Shown here one piece after another: positions 19,994 to 27,037 of a stretch of 40,328 nt of DNA. The DNA lies in IMG/VR virus record IMGVR_UViG_3300032225_000583, positions 1 to 40,328 of that record. One strand, 5' to 3'. The notes beneath the pieces were generated by a model, which had not been told where the DNA came from, did no database searches, and saw nothing but the letters and a program-made list of their open reading frames with translations. Numbering within the stretch: position 1 is the stretch's first letter; each line of letters begins with the position of its first letter. A program made the translations under genes and the position numbers. The stretch is from a virus. Its lineage: Duplodnaviria > Caudoviricetes.

Positions 19994-21856
19994 TTAGATG
20001 AACTGTGTATCCTTCTCAGCAAGTAGATCATCAATATTGACGACTACTCGTTTTTGTTTTTCATAACTTGATAGGAACGGATTATTCATATGATGCTTTG
20101 CATACTGTCCGTAGTTAAGCATCTCTCTTGCTCTAATCTCACAGAACCAAAGAGCCATTACCATATCGGTTTTACCCTTGGTGGTCGGAGACCAAGTTAT
20201 CAATTGCTCTATAAGAGCCTTGATGTTCTCAGTTTGATCACTAGGTAAATGTATTAAGTTATCTCGATGGTGCTTGCCATCAGCTAATTGCTTTGTACCA
20301 AATAGAGTTGACATAGATGCCACACCGAAACCAGAGTCCCATTTATTAGAACCGGTATGGTGTTCTTTAAGAGTTACACCGCGAGATGCTAAGTGCATCT
20401 TGATACCTTCGTCTTGGGTTAAGAAAGCTTGGAACGCGTTCTTCTCGACGATCCATTCACTAGGTTTGTAAAGATCCGTCCAGTCAAAAATGAGTTGCCT
20501 AATTTGTGCCGGAGTAGGTCTAGTAATCTTATGAGCGTCCACAATATAACGCTTGTGACTGACGCGATCAATAGCATAACAAATAACAGCAGTGTCACCA
20601 ACCATAGCAGGATCAAGGCCACAAATGAAAGTGAATCCATTAAGGTCTTTAGGATGACCTGGATAACCCGCATTGAGTACTCCTGACTTCCTCATACCAT
20701 CAATAGATCCTCTAACACATACCGGATCAAATATGGCGTCATCTGAAATATCTTGTTGCTGATAAATTAAAGCCCAGGTGGAAGCGTCCATAGATTGACG
20801 TTCGTTAAATAAGTTACGACCATTCCATCTTGGGTATAGGCCGTTCTCATTTTTTTGATCTTCACCTTGACCATCAAATGGTTGATCGGATGCTGGCCAT
20901 AATGTTTCCCATTTCTCGGGGGATTCATCTGTTTGTAAGAGCGCTGGCATAGCTAGGTACTTCCAAGGAACTAAACCGCCTGGATATCTATCGGGGTTCC
21001 GCAATTCTCTGTATAGATCAACGGATGCTACGCGGGTTCCAATTACAATCAACTTACCTGTTGGGTTAAGACGAGAGCGCACATCTTGGGTTAGCCACTT
21101 GATCTGACGTTCAAAGTCGTTGGCATTACTTAAAGTAACTGCGTCGTCGATGATAATCATATCTGCACGTTTACCGTAGATCTGACCACCAATACCGACT
21201 GCTTCTATATTGGGATCTTTCTCAGAGGATTCTCTAAGCTCATCACCGAAGGTAATACGGGTGGCTTGCCACGAAGCGGACTTGCTATTAAAACCTACGC
21301 CAGCAGCATAAGCCTGCTGCAGATTCTCATACATAGGATGAGTTAATCGTTGTTTGATGGCGTATAGAAAGTCTGCTGCAAGACGCTGGGTCTGAGAGAC
21401 GATCAAAACTCTAAAGTTAGGATTACGACATACCTGCCAGGTTACATAGTCAACGGTTATTGTAATTGACTTCGCGTGGTTTGGCGGGATGTTAATTAAA
21501 ATTCTGTTATCGGCTAGACCGGTTTCCCATTTCATAGCGGGGTGTAGCCAAGAAGGTTCCCGACCCTCAATTACATCTACCAGGTTTTGCTGGTGTGGGA
21601 AAGTCTTTTGATTTAGGAACCGCTCACGAAACTCAGCGAAGGAGATATCGTGAACATCACCAGAGGCGAAGACTTTGTCTTTTAAACCTAGGCGGGTGCG
21701 ATCTACTTTATCGGAGAATACTTTGTCGGTGCGACGATAGTACTCATAGGTCTTCATCGACTTACTGGCTGAACCGCAGGCCTGTTCGATAGTCATACCT
21801 TGCGCGACGCAACCTAGGATGATTCGCTTAGCTATATCTGCTGAATTTTCGGACAC
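19994..21856 (-). CDS. terL: Terminase large subunit with N-terminal HTH-like extension
   Basis: INIPPNHAKS (Walker A), IIIDD (Walker B), VIGTR, ICGLDPA nuclease Asp, C-terminal DMVMALWF. Confidence 0.92.
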   Translation of the reverse strand: MSENSADIAKRIILGCVAQGMTIEQACGSASKSMKTYEYYRRTDKVFSDKVDRTRLGLKDKVFASGDVHDISFAEFRERFLNQKTFPHQQNLVDVIEGREPSWLHPAMKWETGLADNRILINIPPNHAKSITITVDYVTWQVCRNPNFRVLIVSQTQRLAADFLYAIKQRLTHPMYENLQQAYAAGVGFNSKSASWQATRITFGDELRESSEKDPNIEAVGIGGQIYGKRADMIIIDDAVTLSNANDFERQIKWLTQDVRSRLNPTGKLIVIGTRVASVDLYRELRNPDRYPGGLVPWKYLAMPALLQTDESPEKWETLWPASDQPFDGQGEDQKNENGLYPRWNGRNLFNERQSMDASTWALIYQQQDISDDAIFDPVCVRGSIDGMRKSGVLNAGYPGHPKDLNGFTFICGLDPAMVGDTAVICYAIDRVSHKRYIVDAHKITRPTPAQIRQLIFDWTDLYKPSEWIVEKNAFQAFLTQDEGIKMHLASRGVTLKEHHTGSNKWDSGFGVASMSTLFGTKQLADGKHHRDNLIHLPSDQTENIKALIEQLITWSPTTKGKTDMVMALWFCEIRAREMLNYGQYAKHHMNNPFLSSYEKQKRVVVNIDDLLAEKDTQFI

Positions 21857-21871
21857 ACTTCTCCTGCCGTT

Positions 21872-21906
21872 TATATGTTAACCGGAGGGAATATATGATA
21901 ACCGGA
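21872..21906. repeat. Tandem 15-bp direct repeat TATATG(T/A)TAACCGGA at 20-bp spacing
   Basis: 21872-21886 and 21892-21906, one mismatch. Confidence 0.8.
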
Positions 21907-22149
21907 TTAGAGACCTATTACACCTGCCGCGAAGTGTATCTCGCTTTACGGGCTTGAGCGCCCGAGCGAGCTACAGCGAAGTGAGGGGTAAGTTGGTAAT
22001 CATCCCTTAGGGATGCTACTAGGAGCGAAGTCTTCGACGTAGCGACTTCTTAGGTCGTAAAACTCATAACAGTCCGTTTTACTCCCCTACTATATATAAG
22101 GCAGGAAATCTGATCGATTTCCCGCTTTTTGGTAAAAAACTTTATATTA

Positions 22150-22165
22150 TGTGACGTAAGTCACT
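22150..22165. promoter_or_regulatory. CRP/GlxR-like palindrome TGTGA-N6-TCACT
   Basis: TGTGACGTAAGTCACT, 9/10 match to TGTGA-N6-TCACA. Confidence 0.5.
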
Positions 22166-22606
22166 ATATATAGCTATATACGACCCAAAATATTGACTTT
22201 AGGAAAAATATTTATTTGGGGAGTATGTGGTGTGTGTCTTTGTTTTTTTAACATATGGGGTAGGGCTTTGCGCTGGTAAGCCTTCCGATTGAGCCTTATC
22301 CCTACGCTCAACCGCTTATAGTTCGCCTATTGGCTCACCTTTGGGGCTAGAATTAAAGGTTCGAGTTGCTACCCTTCTGGCGCATAGTTGGCTCATCTAC
22401 CTAACCGCTAACACCTATCGGCTCCCCCTAATTTAATATCTAACTCTCATCACCGCCTAACTCTCCACCGCTATCTAATCCACCGCCACCGGATCAAGCT
22501 CACCGCGCCACCGATTACGCCGGGCTAATCACTCACCCGCTCACCTACTCACCGGCGCAGCTATTGATCCCGGCCTATCGCCTACCATTCCCGGCGCTGC
22601 CTATTG

Positions 22607-22622
22607 TGTGACCTAACTCACC
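22607..22622. promoter_or_regulatory. CRP/GlxR-like site TGTGA-N6-TCACC
   Basis: TGTGACCTAACTCACC just upstream of the early -35. Confidence 0.45.
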
Positions 22623-22633
22623 CTATCCAATGC

Positions 22634-22663
22634 TTGATTAGATACGGTAGACACCCTTATTAT
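22634..22663 (+). promoter_or_regulatory. SigA-like early promoter
   Basis: TTGATT-N18-TATTAT upstream of the first plus-strand gene. Confidence 0.6.
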
Positions 22664-22707
22664 TTATCTAGTGAGCAGCAGCTCACCCTTAGAGATAGGA
22701 ATATCTA

Positions 22708-22851
22708 ATGAATAGAGCTAAGCAATACACCCGCCTAACCGACACCGTAACCGGTGAGCTTATTGTCAGCGCCGATCTAACGCCGGCAGCAGCTAAGCGG
22801 ATCATCAAGGAATACGCAAGATTTGGTTATGAATTAGCGGTGGCGATCTAA
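22708..22851 (+). CDS. 47-aa early protein (MNRAKQYTRLTDTVTGELIV...)
   Basis: ATAGGA RBS; TAATG overlap with the next gene. Confidence 0.75.
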   Translation: MNRAKQYTRLTDTVTGELIVSADLTPAAAKRIIKEYARFGYELAVAI

Positions 22852-23000
22852 TGCGCTCCCGGAGATATTACCTAACCCGGACAATTATCCGCTGCTTATT
22901 TTGGATCGGTATCGCCGCTTTATTATGGTTTATCAGCTCTAATCTATGGTGGACACCCGGCGGCTATTGCGTCGGTGATCTAGTTAGCTGCAGCGCTTAA
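22851..23000 (+). CDS. 49-aa early membrane microprotein
   Basis: Basic N-terminus, hydrophobic CLFWIGIAALLWFI, C-terminal C-x6-C. Confidence 0.75.
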   Translation: MRSRRYYLTRTIIRCLFWIGIAALLWFISSNLWWTPGGYCVGDLVSCSA

Positions 23001-23009
23001 TTGGTGGCG

Positions 23010-23090
23010 TACTATGCTAGCTTGCCGGTATACGGTAGGCTTGCGTAGTATCCTACTAGCAATAGCGGGAGAGAGTGAGCGAACGCTCAT
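23010..23090 (+). promoter_or_regulatory. Three consecutive RNA hairpins in an early intergenic region
   Basis: 23010-23050 long G-U-containing stem; 23051-23070 GCAA tetraloop; 23075-23090 GTGAGC/GCTCAT. Confidence 0.6.
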
Positions 23091-23114
23091 TTAACTATGG
23101 ATAGGAGAGAGAGT

Positions 23115-23249
23115 ATGAGTAATCAAGAAAGTAAGTCTATTATTTTTGCGTTAGAAAATTACGCACAATTATTAGAGAAAGAAAGATTATATGAAGCTAG
23201 AAATAAAATCTATAATCTTATTTATAAATTAGAAAGAGAGGGTAAGTAA
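23115..23249 (+). CDS. 44-aa early helical microprotein
   Basis: ATAGGAG RBS; MSNQESKSIIFALENY... Confidence 0.7.
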   Translation: MSNQESKSIIFALENYAQLLEKERLYEARNKIYNLIYKLEREGK

Positions 23250-23383
23250 TGGACCAAACCTTATGCGGTGAGTGCTTGATTCCAGTATCAGAGTGCGCTC
23301 ATAAATTATATCTATTAGATGAGTTAGAGAGAGACGCTAACCGTCTAATCCAATTAGCTAAGGAGAGGAAGGTAATGCAATGA
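23249..23383 (+). CDS. 44-aa CxxC-x6-CxH microprotein
   Basis: MDQTLCGECLIPVSECAH...; coupled start/stop. Confidence 0.7.
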   Translation: MDQTLCGECLIPVSECAHKLYLLDELERDANRLIQLAKERKVMQ

Positions 23384-23520
23384 AAACTATCTGCCAATTC
23401 TGCGGGTGGGAGATAACAAAACCAGAGTGGTATAACAGTTACGACCAGGCTTACGCTTGCGACGATTGCTTAATGGATCAAGCGATAGAGAAAGAGAAGG
23501 AGAGGGAGAGCGCAATATGA
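23380..23520 (+). CDS. 46-aa CxxC...CxxC zinc-finger microprotein
   Basis: MKTICQFCGW...ACDDCL; ATGA overlaps. Confidence 0.75.
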   Translation: MKTICQFCGWEITKPEWYNSYDQAYACDDCLMDQAIEKEKERESAI

Positions 23521-23687
23521 GTGAGCCACGCTATTTAGAGGGAGATGAGTTTGCTCTGAGTGGGGGTTACGAGGAGCTAATTAATTGCAATGAGTGTGAT
23601 GTTATGTTTGATCGAGTGGAATATCAATCTGATACCTGCTCAGAGTGCGAGGATAAGAGAGTAATGAGAGAGAAGGAGAGCAAGTGA
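23517..23687 (+). CDS. 56-aa acidic CxxC...CxxC microprotein
   Basis: CNEC...CSEC; start reassigned to ATG 23517. Confidence 0.75.
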   Translation: MSEPRYLEGDEFALSGGYEELINCNECDVMFDRVEYQSDTCSECEDKRVMREKESK

Positions 23688-23950
23688 GTAATGTATTAGA
23701 GCTACGCAATGGCGCATTAAAGAGAGTGATATTTTACGAGGTATCAGACGCTCAAAACTTGGCTATATGGGGCGGAGAAAGCCCGTCAGAGGCCTTAAAA
23801 TGGTACCGGAATAGCCCATTAGATAGTAAAATATGGGTGCAAGAGTGGCTTACTGATGACGAGGACGCGAGAGCGACTTCAGAGCAGATAGAGATCACTT
23901 CCATAGTACTATCTACCATTGCTAATTGTATGGAGAGATGGAGCAAGTGA
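23684..23950 (+). CDS. Early hypothetical protein
   Basis: AAGGAG RBS, GTGA overlap. Confidence 0.75.
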   Translation: MSNVLELRNGALKRVIFYEVSDAQNLAIWGGESPSEALKWYRNSPLDSKIWVQEWLTDDEDARATSEQIEITSIVLSTIANCMERWSK

Positions 23951-24165
23951 AAAATATACATAGAGTAAAAGGTGCTGCAGATCAAGCAGTTCGCCAGCGT
24001 AATTACCGACGAGCGAGGGAGAGAGCGTTGACTAGGTTAGCTAATGACTATCCAAATGTTTATCGCGCTTACTTGGAAGAGGAGAAGATGGCTGATGAAA
24101 AAATGGGTAAGAAATGGCTTGATATTGATGGCAACACTAAGTCTACTGATAGTAGGACAAGATAA
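23947..24165 (+). CDS. Basic helical early protein
   Basis: RQRNYRRARERALTRLA; GTG 23947 overlaps the previous stop. Confidence 0.7.
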   Translation: MKNIHRVKGAADQAVRQRNYRRARERALTRLANDYPNVYRAYLEEEKMADEKMGKKWLDIDGNTKSTDSRTR

Positions 24166-24517
24166 ATTATTTCCTCCACCGGTGGGCAGAGTGCCTGATG
24201 GTGTTATCTCAAACAGGAAGGCAACAAAAGATGAGAAAGATCGCAATAGAAAGCTCGCACAAGATTACGCTCAGGTTGGTTTCGGGTGGCAAGGAAGAGA
24301 GTGGGAGTGCCTACTCACCCTTTGGACCCGTGAGAGCAGGTTTGATAACTATGCGACCAACCAACGAGGTAGTTCAGCTTACGGAATTGCTCAACTGCTT
24401 GGAGAGAAAGATAGCAGAAGCGAATATCAAATCCTTAGAGGTCTTAAATACATATCTAAACGATACGGAACTCCCTGTAAAGCCAACAATTTCTTTTTAA
24501 AAAATAACCACTACTGA
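24095..24517 (+). CDS. Lytic transglycosylase (SLT/lysozyme-like) with N-terminal signal/anchor
   Basis: CLLTLWTRES (catalytic Glu), SSAYGIAQ, QILRGLKYISKRYG. Confidence 0.85.
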   Translation: MKKWVRNGLILMATLSLLIVGQDKLFPPPVGRVPDGVISNRKATKDEKDRNRKLAQDYAQVGFGWQGREWECLLTLWTRESRFDNYATNQRGSSAYGIAQLLGEKDSRSEYQILRGLKYISKRYGTPCKANNFFLKNNHY

Positions 24518-25116
24518 TGAAAATATTATTGGCTTGTGAAGAGAGTCAAGCAGTGACTAAAGAGTTTAGACTATTAGGTCACGAGGCATATTCTTGTGAC
24601 ATACTACCCACATCTGGCAATAATCCAGAGTGGCATTTACAGCAAGATGTAACCTCATTATTAAATAAAAAGTGGGATTTGATTATTGCTTTCCCACCTT
24701 GTACCCATCTAGCATCTTCTGGTGCAGCTTGGTTTGAACAAAAACGTAAAGATGGTAGGCAGCAAGAGGGTATAGATTTTTTTATGTTATTTACAAAATC
24801 TGATTGTCCTAAAATTGTGATTGAAAATCCTGTTGGCATTATGAGTAAAGTTTATCGTAAACCAGATCAAATAATACAGCCTTATATGTTTGGAGATCCT
24901 TATAGTAAAAGAACTTGTTTATGGTTAAAAGGTGTGCCAAAACTAATTGCAACTGATGAGGTTGAACCCGAGGAAAGGGTTTCTTTTTCTAGTGGAAGAA
25001 CTATGCCTAAGTGGTATGCTGATGCTTGGAAACTACCACCTAGTGAAAGATCTAAAATTAGATCTAAAACTTTTCCTGGTATAGCTAAAGCTATGGCTAA
25101 ACAATGGAGTATATGA
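24517..25116 (+). CDS. DNA cytosine-5 methyltransferase-like protein
   Basis: ILLACEESQ, AYSCD, AFPPC (catalytic PC), IENP motifs. Confidence 0.8.
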   Translation: MKILLACEESQAVTKEFRLLGHEAYSCDILPTSGNNPEWHLQQDVTSLLNKKWDLIIAFPPCTHLASSGAAWFEQKRKDGRQQEGIDFFMLFTKSDCPKIVIENPVGIMSKVYRKPDQIIQPYMFGDPYSKRTCLWLKGVPKLIATDEVEPEERVSFSSGRTMPKWYADAWKLPPSERSKIRSKTFPGIAKAMAKQWSI

Positions 25117-25128
25117 TACGATCTAACT

Positions 25129-25196
25129 CTTGACCGGTTAACAGTTTCTCCGGTCTCCTAGGGACAGCCTCGCCACCCTTCCTGGCGGGGCTTTTC
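25129..25196 (+). ncRNA. Candidate sRNA / 3' element ending in an intrinsic terminator
   Basis: TG-A-TACGAT at 25114-25122; GACCGG/CCGGTC hairpin; GCCTCGCCA/TGGCGGGGC-TTTT. Confidence 0.4.
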
Positions 25197-25202
25197 TATT
25201 TC
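25166..25202 (+). terminator. Rho-independent terminator of the early block
   Basis: GCCTCGCCA-CCCTTCC-TGGCGGGGC followed by TTTTCTATTT. Confidence 0.85.
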
Positions 25203-25210
25203 TAAAAGAC

Positions 25211-25241
25211 AAAAACCCCTACGGGATAGGAACCGTAAGGG
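25211..25241 (-). terminator. Rho-independent terminator of the replication block
   Basis: CCCTTACGG-TTCCTATC-CCGTAGGGG-TTTTT on the minus strand. Confidence 0.85.
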
Positions 25242-25280
25242 CTATTGCCAGCACTCAACTAGATATAGGATCTAGCCAGT
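25211..25280 (-). ncRNA. Candidate ~70-nt two-hairpin sRNA with UCCUAU loops
   Basis: Extended -10 TG-A-TATAAT (25295-25287), two stems each exposing UCCUAU, U-tract end. Confidence 0.55.
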
Positions 25281-25297
25281 AAGAAAATTATATCAGA

Positions 25298-25465
25298 TCA
25301 TTTGTCAGTTGTATAGAACCCTTTACCCTTAAATGTTATAGATGGGGCAGACCACAAGCGGGAGGTCAGCTCACTACAACAGACAGGCGTGTGTTCCATA
25401 CCCATAATAGGACGCTCAACGGAGATAACCCCGCTACATACATTACATTTGTATTCGTAGATCAG
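25298..25465 (-). CDS. FmdB-family zinc-ribbon protein (CTG start)
   Basis: IYEYKCNVC...PVCC...ITFKGKGFYTTD; GGAG 7 nt before CTG. Confidence 0.8.
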   Translation of the reverse strand: MIYEYKCNVCSGVISVERPIMGMEHTPVCCSELTSRLWSAPSITFKGKGFYTTDK

Positions 25466-25848
25466 AGCGATACTCCATCACTTACCTTGAGAAAACCTAC
25501 TAACTTGGTGCGACTAGATCTATTACCAAACTCAGTTGTGTTAGGTAGCCACTTATCTTCCCACGCAGGGGCTGGTAATTTGCTTAGATCAAATCCCCAG
25601 ATACCTTCCGGTGTTGCGTTGATATACCAAGGTGCGAGTGAGCGGATACCTGCCGCCTCAACTAATGCTTGATACTTCATCTCTTCAATAAGTAATTCAG
25701 GGTAGTGTGTCTTGCGGGATTTTAATTCTATAAACATCTTATGTTCTAGGGATACGCAATCCCAAGTGTCAAACTCTTCACTCTTCTCAAGGTCTGAGTA
25801 ATGAAACTCTTTTAAGTATTCAAATAACTCAGGCTCTTTTAATTCCAT
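25462..25848 (-). CDS. PD-(D/E)XK nuclease-like protein
   Basis: WDC...FIELKSR motif. Confidence 0.6.
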   Translation of the reverse strand: MELKEPELFEYLKEFHYSDLEKSEEFDTWDCVSLEHKMFIELKSRKTHYPELLIEEMKYQALVEAAGIRSLAPWYINATPEGIWGFDLSKLPAPAWEDKWLPNTTEFGNRSSRTKLVGFLKVSDGVSL

Positions 25849-26288
25849 TAAAAATACCTAGCCCATCTTTGTTTAGGTTCGGTAGGTTGATCAGTTCTAC
25901 GAGGTTTGCCGTCTGTATGTTTCCATTGACCGCCAGATGTAACTGCTTCCATAATCCAACCTGATGCCTTAAGACTTATTCCTGGTTCACTTTCAAGAAT
26001 ATAAGTTTGTATTTTTTTATATCCCATTTCTTTAGCTATACGAGCACAAGCTCCATACAATTTTGAACAAGCATTTTCACTACCATCTGTACATAGGCGG
26101 GAAACTTCTAAAGTAAAGCCATCATCAGATCCTCTAGCTACAGGTCTACCACATATAGCAATGCCTATGTAATCTACATCTTTTACCAAAGCAATACTAA
26201 ATTTATGCCCAACGCTAGGCTTGTGATGCCTATGCCATTGGATAACTATTTCATTAGCTTTCTTTAATGTAATCGGAACTATTTTCAT
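25848..26288 (-). CDS. XF1762-family protein (GNAT/Mom-like)
   Basis: HRHHKP, GRPVAR, LEVSRLCTDG, NACSKLYGA, GISLKASGW. Confidence 0.8.
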   Translation of the reverse strand: MKIVPITLKKANEIVIQWHRHHKPSVGHKFSIALVKDVDYIGIAICGRPVARGSDDGFTLEVSRLCTDGSENACSKLYGACARIAKEMGYKKIQTYILESEPGISLKASGWIMEAVTSGGQWKHTDGKPRRTDQPTEPKQRWARYF

Positions 26289-27037
26289 AATTGATTTATC
26301 CTAAAGTTAATCAAATCACAATATTCTGGACTTATTTCGCTACCTATATAATTGCGTTTAAGTTTTATTGAAGCCAAGGCGGTTGTTCCAGACCCAATGA
26401 ATGGGTCATAAACTAAATCTCCTTCATTACTCCAAGTAGTAATATGATCTGTTATTAAAAACTCTGGGAATACAGCCGGATGATTTGTTTTGTTTTGAGC
26501 AACAGCACAATCCCAAATATTATCTTTATACCTTTCTACATTTAAGATCATTGTCTTAGGTTTCCTAACCTTGCCACTACTAATTTGTTTCATAGTAGAT
26601 CTGTAAGTTTTACCACCTAATTTAGTAGGTTGCATAATAGGATTAAAGGTTTTAGGTTGCCCTTTAGATAGGACAAACATATATTCAAAGACATCAAAGT
26701 ATCTTTTAGTTTTTACTTTGGGCATAGGATTAGTCTTGCGCCAGATCATAGTGTCGTGCAGATTAAAGCCAGCATCTTTCAAACCAAGTGCCTGCCTAAA
26801 AGATGTGCCGGTTTCACTACCTTTTTCGGTAGCATCTCCTACTATCCACACCAATACACCGCCTTCTTTAGTGGTGCGATACAACTCTTTAGATGTAGAT
26901 TCAAAGTTAAATGAGTACCCGTTGTAAACCCTAAGTGAATCATAAGGCGGAGATGTAATGGTTAAGTCTATGGAATTATCATCCATACCTTTCATAGTTT
27001 CTAAACAATCTTCATTGTAGATTTTGTTTAACTCCAA
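26285..27037 (-). CDS. N4-cytosine/N6-adenine DNA methyltransferase, beta class
   Basis: TSPPY catalytic motif precedes HPAVFP and DPFIGSGTT. Confidence 0.92.
   Translation of the reverse strand: MELNKIYNEDCLETMKGMDDNSIDLTITSPPYDSLRVYNGYSFNFESTSKELYRTTKEGGVLVWIVGDATEKGSETGTSFRQALGLKDAGFNLHDTMIWRKTNPMPKVKTKRYFDVFEYMFVLSKGQPKTFNPIMQPTKLGGKTYRSTMKQISSGKVRKPKTMILNVERYKDNIWDCAVAQNKTNHPAVFPEFLITDHITTWSNEGDLVYDPFIGSGTTALASIKLKRNYIGSEISPEYCDLINFRINQL

Noticed and set aside
17888-21792. Short alternative-frame and antisense ORFs within portal and terminase
   Set aside because: They overlap well-supported genes and show no RBS or recognisable motifs.
22340-22380. GGTTCGAG resembling a tRNA T-loop
   Set aside because: Could not build T-stem, anticodon and acceptor stems around it.
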